From Octopus vulgaris (lineage: Eukaryota): 64,000 bases of DNA. A model generated the notes under the pieces. It did no database searches. It was not told the DNA's origin and worked only from the letters and a program-made list of their open reading frames with translations. Shown piece after piece: positions 11,631-23,359 of the stretch. Location of the stretch: positions 11,780,001 through 11,844,000 of the forward strand of contig OX597824.1 in assembly GCA_951406725.2 (NCBI GenBank), given 5' to 3'. Both the position numbers and the translations under genes were made by a program. Position 1 is the first letter of the stretch. Each line of letters opens with the position of its first letter.

Positions 11631-11766
11631 TCAGAGGTCTCCAACCATCGGGTGGCAGGCCGGTACTGATCAATGGATCTGGGCTACAAAGAAATAATCG
11701 ATTCGTTTAAAATCCTATAGTAATTAAATTGAATATTGGACTTAAATTTAAAACGATGTGTTTAAA

Positions 11767-12113
11767 TCTCTCTCTATATAAAGCTGAAATTGTCTGCGTA
11801 TGGCAGGTTTGGTAGCCTTCAACTAACACTATCTCCTCCAAAATCGAGAGTATGATAGAAGAAGGCTTGCTCTTCCTTCCATAGAAGAAAAAATTCAAAT
11901 CGGACCATGTTAACACCAAAAATTATTTACATCAAAAAGGTGCTTTTTTTCTATGAAAATCCCTATTTTTTACGAATTTTTGACTGCTGTGTCGCCATTT
12001 TTCGGTGTATTTCAAGAGAATAACAAGCTACATAATGCAAAATTTTTACCTTTCAAAAATTCCAATTCTAAAGGGTCGAAACAAACCCGAGCAACGCCGG
12101 GCGATACTGCTAG
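11767..12113 (+). mobile_element. Non-autonomous Helitron
   Basis: a|TC start, 3' hairpin cccgagcaacgccggg then CTAG|t; sister copy at 44571-44964. Confidence 0.85.
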
Positions 12114-12160
12114 TATTCAATATTCATCTATTCAATACTATAATGACAATAATAAAACTA

Positions 12161-12708
12161 TGTTATGGAGAAAGTGTGGATAATTTTTGACTTCCCCTCG
12201 TATATATACATATATGCGTGAGTCGTTTAAGAGTTCATAAGTCAGTGAAAAGTTGCACTCGTATATCTGTCAATAGAGTGCATATATTATCCGAAATGTA
12301 CAGTATTATATATCCATCACGGCTGATCTTCCCAATCGGTTTCGCTCAAGGAATACAATGGAGTGTTCGGTAACAATCCGATTATATAACCTTACACTCA
12401 TCAGAGTCAGCCAATATGGAAGGGGATATGGCAACTGCTCTCCTTATCCCCTTCCATATCAGCTAACTCTGATGAACGAAAGGTTATATAATCGGATTGT
12501 TACCTAATACTCCATTGTATTCCCGGTGCGAAACCAATTGGTATAAGCCGTGATGGATATATAATGGTTTACATTTCGAATAATATACCCACTCTATTGA
12601 CAGATATACGACTGCATCTTTTCCCTGACTTATGGACTCTAAGACGACTCACGCATATATGTATATATACGAAGGGAACTCAAAACTTATCCACAATTTC
12701 GCTATAAC
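12161..12708. mobile_element. ~550-bp diverged fold-back element with hammerhead-like cores in both arms
   Basis: Arms align in inverted orientation about ~12436; CTGATGA at 12469-12475 and GAAAC-CAATTG-GTA at 12530-12543; mirror on minus strand 12321-12412. Confidence 0.75.
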
Positions 12709-12957
12709 AAATATTACCAACATGGAGATTTGCCTGATTTAACACCACTCACAATACTTGCAAATATATCTGAAAAAAAAAAAATATTATCCTGGTTATT
12801 ATAACAAATTCAGAAACTTGGCGAAGTAGAAATTCTCAGCGTCTCTTTCAATATAATTACAGAAATGTTATTCCACTCCTTCTAACCAGTTTCAAGATAA
12901 TGTCTTTTTAACAACGTCGCACAACCTTTTTTACTGCGTTACTCGATATTTATTCTT

Positions 12958-13342
12958 ATGGAAGCACTCCGTCGGTTACGACGATGAGGGTTCCGGTTGA
13001 TCCGATCAACGGAACAGCCTGCTCGTGAAATTAACGTGTAAGTGGCTGAGCACTCCACAGACACGTGTACCCTTAACGTAGTTCTCGGGGATATTCTGCG
13101 TGACACAGAGAGTGACAAGGCCGGCCCTTTGAAATACAGGTACAACAGAAACAGGAAGTAAGAGTGAGAGAAAGTTGTGGTGAAAGAGTACAGCAGGGAT
13201 CACCACCATCCCCTGCCGGAGATCGTGGAGCTTTAGGTGTTTTCGCTCAATAAACACTCACAACGCCCGGTCTGGGAATCGAAACCGCGATCCTACGACC
13301 GCGAGTCCGCTGCCCTAACCGCTGGGCCATTGCGCCTCCACA
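12958..13342 (-). mobile_element. SINE family S3 (tRNA head ggcgcaatggcccagtggttagggcagcggactcgcggtc)
   Basis: TSD atatttattct; near-identical copies elsewhere. Confidence 0.92.
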
Positions 13343-13781
13343 ATATTTATTCTACGGCCTATAATGTTACACAGTTCAAAAACAGTATCTTCCTTTCTAT
13401 ACACTTCGTTCAGCGTTCGTTTCAAAATAGTAAAATAAATTTTGTATGTAAAACTGAATTATGTCTTTTGAATTTTCTTGGACTTTCACTTTCTTCACCG
13501 TGAAATTCATTTAATCATGAATTTTATTTTTAGTACATGTTCCAAATAAATGTTGACTTTTTATACTTTCTTACATTAGTGACGCATACTAACTTTTGCT
13601 TAATTGGTGACTTAGCATTTTTTTTAATAGCATGACTATGCTACAGAAAGTATGTCTTGTACCTATATTGACTACATTTCGTTTCGCTTGAACTTCGTGT
13701 GTGTATGTTTTACTGTTTTCAATATTATCAATTCTATGGGTTTGTGTGTTTGTGTGTTTCTGCGTTCGTTACGTCTATAGT

Positions 13782-14170
13782 GGTGGAAGCACTCCGTCGG
13801 TTACGACGGCGAGGGTTCCAGTTGATCCGAATCAACGGAACAGCCTGCTCGTGAAATTAACGTGTAAGTGGCTGAGCACTCCACAGACACGTGTACCCTT
13901 AACGTAGTTCTCGGGGATATTCAGCGTGACACAGAGAGTGACAAGGCCGGCCCTTTGAAATACAGGTACAACAGAAACAGGAAGTAAGAGTGAGAGAAAG
14001 TTGTGGTGAAAGAGTACAGCAGGGATCACCACCATCCCCTGCCGGAGCCTCGTGGAGCTTTTAGGTGTTTTCGCTCAATAAACACTCACAACGCCCGGTC
14101 TGGGAATCGAAACCGCGATGCTATGACCGCGAGTCCGCTGCCCTAACCACTGGGTCATTGCGCCTCCACA
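13782..14170 (-). mobile_element. SINE S3
   Basis: TSD acgtctatagt at 13771-13781 and 14171-14181. Confidence 0.92.
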
Positions 14171-14189
14171 ACGTCTATAGTAAACTATA

Positions 14190-14750
14190 GCAGAGAACAT
14201 TTTACGCTGTTTTAACGAGTCCACATCGAATGAAGTAGCCACCCTTATGGTTGGTGTTCCCATTGAAAATCATGATATTCTCATTCGTGTTCAAGATAAC
14301 AACCTTAAACGTGTTTCACGGACTCATCCCGCTTATGATGCTCTCCAGTATAATCTTATTCTGTGGAATGGACAAGATGGGTATTTTTTCAATATTCCTC
14401 GGATTGAACCTGCAACAGGATAGCCAATTACAAACAAATGGGTGTCGTCAAATGACTTCTATTCTTACCAACTGATGTTAAAACCAGAACAATCGAATCC
14501 TTTCTACTATAGGCACAAGGCCTGAAATTTCGGGTAAAGGGACCAGTCGGTTACATCGACCCTAGTGTCTCACTGGTACTTAACTTATCGACCGCGAAAG
14601 GATGAAAGGCAAAGTTGACCCCGGCGGCATTTGAACAAGCGAAATACAGCTCAAACATTTTGCCCGGCATGCTAACGATTCTGGCTGCTCGCCGCCTTCC
14701 AGAACAATCAAATCAGTTACACATGTCAAATAAACTTTATTTTCATTTAC
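14190..14750 (+). pseudogene. Helitron Rep/helicase N-terminal domain fragment, interrupted by a SINE
   Basis: RCFNESTSNEVATLMVG..HDILIRVQDNNLKRVSRTHPAYDALQYNLILWNGQDGYFFNI..VSSNDFYSYQLM. Confidence 0.85.
14500..14698 (-). mobile_element. SINE S2, older variant
   Basis: 16-bp TSD ccagaacaatc(g/a)aatc at 14484-14499 and 14699-14714. Confidence 0.85.
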
Positions 14751-14781
14751 ATATTTTCTACGTTATCTCAATAACCAGCAA

Positions 14782-15304
14782 TACCGTAAATCCTCGAGTA
14801 TAGTCCGCCCTTGAGTATAATACGCAGGGGATTTTTAGAGGGCTCTGCCTCTTAAAAACCTAAACCTTGTGTATAATACGCATCCCTTCTCTAACTTGAG
14901 TCGTGCGTAATTAAGCCAGCAGCACCTAGTCGAACAAACACTTCTGCGCATGCGTAATACAATAATGGTGATGTTCTTAACTGTTATATGGGAATGTAAA
15001 TATGTTTGCAATTGTTTTTGTTACATGTTATTCTGTGTTCTGAATACTTTTATTTTAATAAATGTTGCTTACTGCAATTCTGGATGATTCTTTTATGACT
15101 TCATTGCTTTCAGGCTTAGCTTAAGGTATCTTCGCGCCCGATATCACAAAATGCGTCTGAATAAACATTGCCGGACAGCAAATAGAGACTCGGACATTGC
15201 TTAGAAAATACTTTTCATTTTTAACCTCGTATATAATACGCACTAGAGATTTTGACCTTTAAATTTTGGGAAAAAATGCGGATTATACTTGAGGATTTAC
15301 GGTA
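14782..15304 (-). mobile_element. pogo/Tigger-type MITE, internally deleted sister of 9969-10912
   Basis: Same TIRs and TA flanks; lacks the ~10360-10790 segment. Confidence 0.9.
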
Positions 15305-15323
15305 GTTATTTCGGTATTATTTG

Positions 15324-15555
15324 ATTCTTTCACCCGCACGATTTTCACTAAGAAAAAAAAAAACCTCGGATTTTTTGCGTGGAACCAAGTTCCCTGATCT
15401 CCTAATATGCTGCAAACTCCTTATTTTTGTTTGGAAAAATAAGGTCGTGGTGGTGGTGGTGGTGGAAATCGGACCCCCTCCCATATCCCGGAATCATTGG
15501 AAAACGGGGTGGACTGGGGTGGAACCCTCGGTAAATTCACTCCCACCCCCATTTT
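15324..15555 (-). repeat. Repeat unit inverted relative to 16670-17040
   Basis: cctaatatgctgcaaactccttatttttgtttgg is the reverse complement of the motif at ~16970-17005. Confidence 0.65.
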
Positions 15556-15852
15556 CAAATATCTTTTTGCTGTTTCTTTCTTTACCCGTAATTTTAGATA
15601 ACATTTTGCCGAAACACGTTTTCGAGAGAGTGTGGATTACATTAGATTCAAAATTCAAAGAAGTTTGAAATAAGTGAAAATGCAGAGGTTATAGAAGTTA
15701 GAGTGGTCCTGAAGTCAGTGGAGAGATAAATAAGGATAAATAATTAATCTTTAAAAAAAACGCGTTAGTTTGTGTATGAAACAAATAAAAGTAAATTAAA
15801 ACAAAAATATCTTTTCCATACCTTTTAAAATCACTGGATATAACATATATAA

Positions 15853-16155
15853 CTAGCAGTATCACCCGGCGTTGCTCGGGTTTGTAAGGGAAATAACTAT
15901 ATAAGCATGTTTAGGGAGTTACTTCCCTTATATTATAGAAAAAAAAATGCATTAAAAATGGGAAAAAATGATGGTAAATTTTTTTTTAAATCGTAGACTC
16001 ATCGTAGACGCGCGCTAATACCCAGAAGGGCTCGATATGAATCACGACTATAAGATACCCGCTTTTGGTTAAATTGCACCGCAAAATGTGGGAGTAGTTA
16101 GGAATCTAAATCGTAGGAGACAGACAGCACACAACCTCTCTTTTATATATAAAGA
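15853..16155 (-). mobile_element. Non-autonomous Helitron (second subfamily)
   Basis: Same 3' hairpin + CTAG end; 5' atctttatatataaaag. Confidence 0.8.
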
Positions 16156-16221
16156 TAATCCGGAATATAGATTTTTCCCTTTGCAATTTCTGGCGCCGAA
16201 ATGTGTTTCATTTTTGTGTGT

Positions 16222-16285
<64 letters not shown>

Positions 16286-16387
16286 AAGTGAGAGAAAGAA
16301 AGAGAAAGAAATAGAGAGTGAGTGGTGAGGAAATTTACCTAAACATTGAATGGGTAACAATCTATCATAATTATATATATCTTTATA

Positions 16388-16427
<40 letters not shown>

Positions 16428-16665
16428 GTTTAACATCTATTTTCCATGCTGGCATGGGTTGGACGCTTTCACTGAGGACTGGCGAGCCATGGGGTTGCAA
16501 TGAGACTGCAGTCTGTTTTGGCAAGGTTTCTACAGCTGGATGCCCTTCCAAACGCTCCAACCACCCCGACAGTGTACTGGGTGCTTTTCAAGTGTGACTA
16601 GCATGGGAACCAGTCAGATGGCACTGGCATTGATCACGCTCCAATGGTACTTTTTACGTGCCACC
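16388..16665 (-). mobile_element. SINE/LINE-tail repeat ending in (GAT)n
   Basis: Minus strand ends ..cccatgccagcatggaaaatagatgttaaacgatgatgatg. Confidence 0.6.
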
Positions 16666-16669
16666 CAAC

Positions 16670-17040
16670 TTTTTTTCCGAACAAAAATAAGGGGTTTGCT
16701 GCATATTAGGAGGTCAGGGTACTTGATTCCATGCAAAAAATCCGAGTTTATTTTTCTTAGTGAAAATCGTGCGGGTGAAAAGTTCAATGGAGGTGGGGGT
16801 GGGGTGAAATTTCCGAGGCTTCCACCTCACTCCACCTCGTTTTCCGGACCCCCCCCCCAAAGGGTTTTGTAGCATATTAGGAAGTCACCGGAATTTATCC
16901 AACGAAAAAAAAAAAATCCAATGATTCCGGGATGGGGGGGGGGGGGTCGCCTCACCCACCCCCTTTTTTCCAAACAAAAATAAGGAATTTGCAGCATATT
17001 AGGAGGTCAGGGGACATGATTCCACGCGAAAAACCCGAGC
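16670..17040 (+). repeat. Degenerate tandem repeat (gcatattaggaggtca motif x3)
   Basis: Motif at ~16701, ~16872 and ~16994. Confidence 0.6.
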
Positions 17041-17269
17041 ATGTTACTGATGTTTATTTGACCAGTCTCTGTTAATACAGAAGCGTAAAGTAACACAGTA
17101 GAGACAGGAAACAAACTGAAGAGCATACGGACAACTGCGTAGGAAGAGGAAGAAGAGATATATGATGAAGAGTGAGCCAAGGCAGAATGTAGGACACAGG
17201 AAAAGAGGTTTACCTTCAAGGAGTCGTTCAACTTCCTTCGTGACCAGAGAGGCAAATTATAGACTGATT

Positions 17270-17957
17270 TGTAGTGGATCTTGCATGCATGAAGTGGATT
17301 CGATCCACCATAGCCGAATTTGAATTAACACTACAACAGAACTGTTCCCACGGTAAAACAATGGTTTTTCTCTGACAGAAGTTTTACATTTCCCAGATGC
17401 CTTTAGCTAGGCCGAAATAATGTCATCACCACTTGACCTTTTCTAACCGCTTCTACTTCACCAAAAGCTAGAATAGAGATAACCAGACCACCAACTAAAT
17501 CTATTGTTCTCAATGATATGTCTATCCTTCTGGATCTTTATATAAGCAAGCACACTCCAAGCAAAAATCAGTTAGTCCCCAGTCGGTGACAACTCAACCA
17601 AGTTAGACTGTGGTGACAACTGGTGAGTAGTGAACAGACCACTAGAATCATGGAAGCAGGCAGACAAAACGACCAGAGGGAATAAGAAAGAGAACGTCCC
17701 ACACTCTCTCACTCTCACTAGCTCCAATTCTATTCTCTTACAACATCATTCTATCTCTCTCTGTAATTACTACTAAACAATGAAGAGGACACAAACACAA
17801 ACTTTACTTCTCGTGCTTTTGGATTTATCATAACCTGCCCGTCGAGGCAAGGTATTTGTAACGTAACGGTAAATATATATTTCCTTATAACTTCATGCAT
17901 TGTTCATCATTCACATCTTACAGTATGCGACAATAACAACAAGTTTTTCCCGTTGCA
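17270..17957 (+). mobile_element. Solo LTR L1, copy B (shortest right end)
   Basis: TGTAG...TTGCA; flanks gatt/gctt, and the inverted duplicate preserves gctt on the left. Confidence 0.8.
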
Positions 17958-18080
17958 GCTTAATTTGATGTTTGATCTCGGGAACAATAAAACAATATGT
18001 TGGTAGAGCGAAAACTGGAGTGCCAATACCAGGAGCATCGGCAAGAATGAATTTAGATAATGACCACGTTAGCTGTGAAC

Positions 18081-18682
18081 AGAATTGGAGCTAGTGAGAG
18101 TGAGAGAGTGTGGGATGTTCTCTTTCTTTTTCCCCCAGGTCATTTTGTCCGCCTGATTCCATGATTCTAGTGGTCGGTTCACTACTCACGAGTTGTCACC
18201 AAAGTCTAACTTGGTTGAATCATCACCGACTGGTAACTAACTGATTTTTGCTTGGGGTGTGCTTGCTTATATAAAGATCCAGAAGGATAGATATATCATT
18301 GAGAACAATAGATTTAGTTGGTGATCTGGTTATCTCTATTCTAGCTTTTGGTGAAGTAGAAGCAGTTAGAAAAGGTCAAGTGGTGATGACATTATTTCGG
18401 CCTAGCTAAAGGCATCTGGGAAATGTAAAACTTCTGTCAGAGAAAAACATTGTTTCACCGTGGGAAAAGTTCTGTTGCAGTGTTAATTTAAATTTGGCCA
18501 AGGTGGATCGAATCCACTTCATGCATGCAAGATCCGCTTACAAAGCAGTCTATAATTTGCCTCTCTGGTCACAAGGAAGTTGAACGACTCCTTGAAGGTA
18601 AACTTCTTTTCCTGTGTCCTACATTCTGCATTGGCTCACTCTTCTTCATATGTCTCTTCTTCCTCTTCCTACGCAGTTGTCC
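18081..18682 (-). repeat. Inverted duplication of 17129-17731 (flank + 5' part of LTR copy B)
   Basis: Includes ~140 bp of non-LTR flank in inverted orientation. Confidence 0.9.
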
Positions 18683-18937
18683 ATTCCCAGGAAAATGTGG
18701 AGCCTTCCAAGGATGAAGTGACTAAAACGGGTGCCTTTGGGTACACCTCCTTCTAATACAACGAGTGGCAATCTGGGATAATTGTGGAATGTTCTCATCC
18801 AACCTAACTGACAGATTTTTACTCGTTTGTAAGTGGGCTACCCTGTTTGTTTTTCATATTCTTTACATTATAACTTTTTTAAAAGATGATTTAGTTCTTA
18901 TATTATCATCTATTTATCTTGGTAATTAATTTATCCC

Positions 18938-19360
18938 CCGGCGAGCTGGCAGAAACGTTAGCACACCGGGCGAAATGCTTAGCCGTATTTCGTCTGCCGT
19001 TACGTTCTGAGTTCAAATTCCGCCGAGGTCGACTTTGCCTTTCATCCTTTCGGGGTCGATAAATTAAGTACCAGTTACGCGCTGGGGTCGATGTAATCAA
19101 CTTAATCCATTTGTCTGTCCTTGTTTGTCCCCTCTGTGTGTAGCCCCTTGTGGGTAGTAAAGAAAGAAATAGGTATTTCGTCCGCCACTGCGTTCTGAGT
19201 TCAAATTCCGCCGAGGTCGACTTTGCCTTTCATCCTTTCGGGGTCGATAAATTAAGTACTAGTTACGCACTGGGGTTGATGTAATCGACTTAATCCGTTT
19301 GTCTGTCCTTGTTTGTCCCCTCTGTGTTTAGCCCCTTGTGGATAGTAAAGAAATAGGTAT
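18938..19360 (+). mobile_element. SINE S2 dimer
   Basis: Two units joined at aaagaaataggtatttcgtc. Confidence 0.9.
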
Positions 19361-19740
19361 TTAATTTACCACCCCCACCAAACCAGTAGTTCACATATGC
19401 GCGCGTGTGCACATACATAATGCATAATGTATTTACCCTCTCCCCTCGTTTGTATGTGATTTTATTTAGTCAGTCCCTACAAATCTTTGTATAACGTGTA
19501 CGTGGAAACTACTTGAGATCCTGTCCAGAAGAATAACGAAAAATAAGAGGAAGAGGAAGAGGTATTATCAGGCATTTAATTGTTATTAAAAATTATTAAA
19601 ATCCCAGTAATTATTATCAAGCGTTTGCAAACAGCTAACTTGGTCTTCATCAAAATCATCTTTAGCTGAACCTCCAAGCTCACACTTCATTAACATGTCA
19701 GTTTTTTTTTTCTCGCGAGAAGAAACAGCATCAGCAAGAG

Positions 19741-20115
19741 TGGAGGCGCAATGGCTCAGGGGTTAGGGCAGCGGACTCGCGGTCGGAGGATCGCGGTTTC
19801 GATTCCCAGACCGGGCGTTGTGTGTGTTTATTGAGTGAAAACACCCAAAAGCTTCACGAGGCTCCGGCAGGGGGTGGTGGCGACCCCTGTTGTACTCTTT
19901 CGCTACAACTTTCTCTCACTCTTTCTTCCTGTTTCTCGTCCCCGACTTCCTACGCAACCGCTGAGCCTGGATGCGCATTCATCCATCCGTCGATGCTCTC
20001 GGTGTCGAGGGTTGACTTGCTTTCTCTTCTGCGGGTCTTACGAATAGCAAAGGACCACGTTTCGGACTTCTTCCAAGAGGACGAAGACCGCTTCGCTCAA
20101 CAGCAACACCATCGG
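19741..20115 (+). mobile_element. SINE with S3 head and alternative 3' half
   Basis: Head matches S3 up to ctttcttcctgtttct, then unrelated tail. Confidence 0.8.
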
Positions 20116-20121
20116 CAAGAG

Positions 20122-20530
20122 AGGAGGTGCAATGTCCCAGTGGTTAGGGCAGCGGACTCGTGGTCGTAAGAACGCGGTTTCGATTCTCAGACCGGGCATT
20201 GTGAGTATTTATTGAGAAAAAACGCCTAAGCTCCACGAGGCTCCGGCGGGGTGGGGGTGAACCCCGCTGTATTCTTTCACCACAACTTTCTCTCACTCTT
20301 TCTTCCTACTTCTGCCACAAAGCAGAGGAACCATGGTGTAACCCACTATGGTGTGGTAAACTTTCAGACCCTAGTCTAGATTGCGAATCCTCTGTACCCC
20401 AGGATGGTTCAGCTCTCCACCCGTTAAAAAGCCACCGTTTACGGAATGAGGATAACAACGTAGCTTTCATGCCCATGCAACCGCCAGTCTATCGCGTGTA
20501 GTGGGTGGATCTTCAAGTTGCCACACGCAT
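20122..20530 (+). mobile_element. S3 head followed by another unrelated 3' segment
   Basis: Head matches S3 to ~20312; downstream extent uncertain. Confidence 0.65.
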
Positions 20531-21139
20531 TCTTAGTAGCATAGAGTAGGCTCGAATTAGAGAGTATTCTTTGTGGCTAATGGTGTGAGTCCTGATTGGA
20601 AGAAGAAGAAGAAGAAGAAGAAGAAGAAGAAGAAGAAGAAGAAGAAGAAGAAGAAAGGGGCCCTTGAAATGCAAACATCTGAGAGAAAGATCATACTGTT
20701 GCCTTTTCCACAGCCACGACTGTCGCGGCTTTGAGATGGTTGAGAAGGTGAATCACAGAGAAGCTGAAAACTATCCTTCCTCACCAGCAAAGAGCTACAA
20801 TTCCAGCCAATCGTCTTGTGACATTGTCAAGGAAATGGAACTCGGAGGAAAATGGGAAACTGTCGAGGAAAATAGAAAGGGAGAGAAAACGTAAAGAGAA
20901 TGATTCCAGACGCATGACTGAAATCTCCCATGTAAAGGAGCCTGTTTGTCTTGAGAATCACGGTTTTCCGAAGGAATAACTGTAACCTAATGGAACCTAA
21001 TGGAACTGCTGAGACAGCTAAAAGAACAAAGGAAAAAAATATATTGGTTGTAGAAGAAATATATTGTTGTTGTTGCTGAAGTTTTTGTTGTTGTTTTCAG
21101 CAGCTTCGTGCAAGTTTCTATTGAACGACGAGGCACACA

Positions 21140-21547
21140 TCGTGCAACCGAGGCGTGTGCTGTATTGTCTTTTGAAGGTAAAAGGGTTGAAGACAGAGCT
21201 TTTCCTGTCAGACCAAGCCTTCATTTGTCAATGTCTATGAAAACACTTAATAGCCTATTACTCCTGTTGTACCAATTAGAAAGGGTTGTTAGACGCATTC
21301 CTTAGTTTACGTAATGATTTTAATTCAACAACTAGTTCACCCAAATTTCTCAGAGTTTTCGATTCGCTTCTGCGCAAAAGTATTTTATTATCGTTTGGTA
21401 TTGAAACGACGATAATTACTTATACTGTTGTCATTTTGTCAAGGAGAATGTTGCCAGTTTTATTATGTGTCATTCGATGGTCTGTCTTTATGTTAAATAA
21501 TCATGGGATATTCATACTGTCGATCTTTGCTGCGCTGGGAAGACATT
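21140..21547 (-). pseudogene. RLE-endonuclease non-LTR retrotransposon remnant (R4/R2-like), split by LTR copy D
   Basis: KTDHRMTHNK..ILLDK..IIVVSIPND..ELVVELKSL..IGTTGVI resembles the PD-(D/E)xK RLE region; (AAC)n tail ~21064-21095. Confidence 0.55.
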
Positions 21548-22384
21548 TGTAGTGGATCTTGCAAGCATTGAGGTGGATTCGATCCACCATAGCCAAATTT
21601 AAATTAACACTGCAACAGAATTTTTCCCACGGTGAAACAATGGTTTTTCTCTGACAGCAGTTTTACATTTTCCAGATGCCTTTAGCTAGGCCGAAATAAT
21701 GTATTCACCACTTGACCCATTCTAACTTCTTCTACTTCACCAAAGCTAGAGTAGAGATAACAAGACCACCAACTAAATATATTTTGTTTTCAATGATATG
21801 TTTATTCTTCTTGATAGTTATAAAAGCAAGAACACCCCAAGCAAAAATCAGTCGGTGACGACTCAACGACTCAACCAAGTATTCACGTGGCGACAACTGA
21901 GCGAGGCGGCTCGTGACGACTCAGTTAGTTAGGGAACGGACTGCTAGAATCATGATCACAAGGAAAGCAGCTATTAAAGAGTCGGTCAGCGAGAGAAATG
22001 AAATTTACTGACAGCAACTGTGAGACAACGTCCCACACCCTACAACTCTCACTAGCTCTAATTATGTTCTCTTACATCATTCTATCTCTCTCTGTATTTA
22101 CTACTAAACAATGAAGAGGACACAAACACAAACTTTACTTCTCATCCTTTAGGATGTATCAAAACCTGCCCGTCGAGGCAAGATATTGTAACGTAACGGT
22201 AAATAAATATTTCCTTATAACTTCATGCATCGTTCATCATTCACATCTTACAGTATGCAACAATAACAACAAATTTTTTATCGTTACAACTGTTGACTCC
22301 TTCATTTCATAATATTGTTTACCATTCAACCTCTCTCGCTACAATTGGCGACCCTCGACTTCAACTAAAAACTTTATCGTTACA
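21548..22384 (+). mobile_element. Solo LTR L1, copy D (longest right end)
   Basis: TGTAG...TTACA with 4-bp TSD catt. Confidence 0.88.
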
Positions 22385-22546
22385 CATTTAAAGAATTGAT
22401 TTGCTTCTGACTGATATGAAAATAGCAAAAGAGGAAACATCCGAAAAAATTTGCAACGCATGATCTATGCAAGTAGTTTATCAAATGTGGCTCCCGAAGT
22501 ATCGACAGAGCGAAATGTTGTCTTTCAGTAAGAAAACTAACAGAGA

Positions 22547-22930
22547 GGAAGCACTCCGTCGGTCACGACGACGAGGGTTCCGGTTGATCCGAATCAACGG
22601 AACAGCCTGCTCGTGAAATTAACGTGTAAGTGGCTGAGCACTCCACAGACACGTGTACCCTTAACGTAGTTCTCGGGGATATTCAGCGTGACACAGAGAG
22701 TGACAAGGCCGGCCCTTTGAAATACAGGTACAACAGAAACAGGAAGTAAGAGTGAGAGAAAGTTGTGGTGAAAGAGTACAGCAGGGATCACCACCATCCC
22801 CTGCCGGAGCCTCGTGGAACTTTAGGTGTTTTCGCTCAATAAACACTCACAACGCCCGGTCTGGGAATCGAAACCGCGATCCTATGACCGCGAGTCCGCT
22901 GCCCTAACCACTGGGCCATTGCGCCTCCAC
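22547..22930 (-). mobile_element. SINE S3
   Basis: Near-identical to 13782-14170; near-TSD aag(a/t)aaactaa. Confidence 0.92.
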
Positions 22931-23059
22931 AAGTAAACTAAGAACACCCCAGTGCTGCAGCATATATTATGTAGTTACTATATTTGGTTCGTTTGGAATT
23001 GTCCAATGCATAGAAGTAAATAATAATAAACAACATATCATGGATGATGTAATGCTCTC

Positions 23060-23265
23060 CTTTGTAGGCAGTTGGCCAGCAATTTCAGGGGTGAGGGCAA
23101 GTCAATTATGTCGACTCCAGTGTTTAACTGGTACCTATTTCATCGATCCCGAAAGAATCAAAAGCAAAATCGACTTCGGTGGAACTGAATTCAGAACGTA
23201 AAGACGGATGAAACGCCACTAAGCGTTTTGTCCGGAATGCTAACGATTCTGCCAGCTCACCGCAT
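23060..23265 (-). mobile_element. SINE S2, old
   Basis: Diverged; flanking direct repeat tcatggatgatgtaat. Confidence 0.75.
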
Positions 23266-23359
23266 TCTCATGGATGATGTAATAGAAGTAATGTAACGCA
23301 GAACATACAATAAAAGAAATAATATATGTTTGCTTATTCCCTCGTTTAACAGAGTGGGA

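Noticed and set aside
13006-13257. Recurrent 60-80-aa ORFs (MVVIPAVLFHH..., ..RPRKDERQSRPRRNLNS..) as a gene family
   Set aside because: Incidental frames in SINE copies with variable frameshifts
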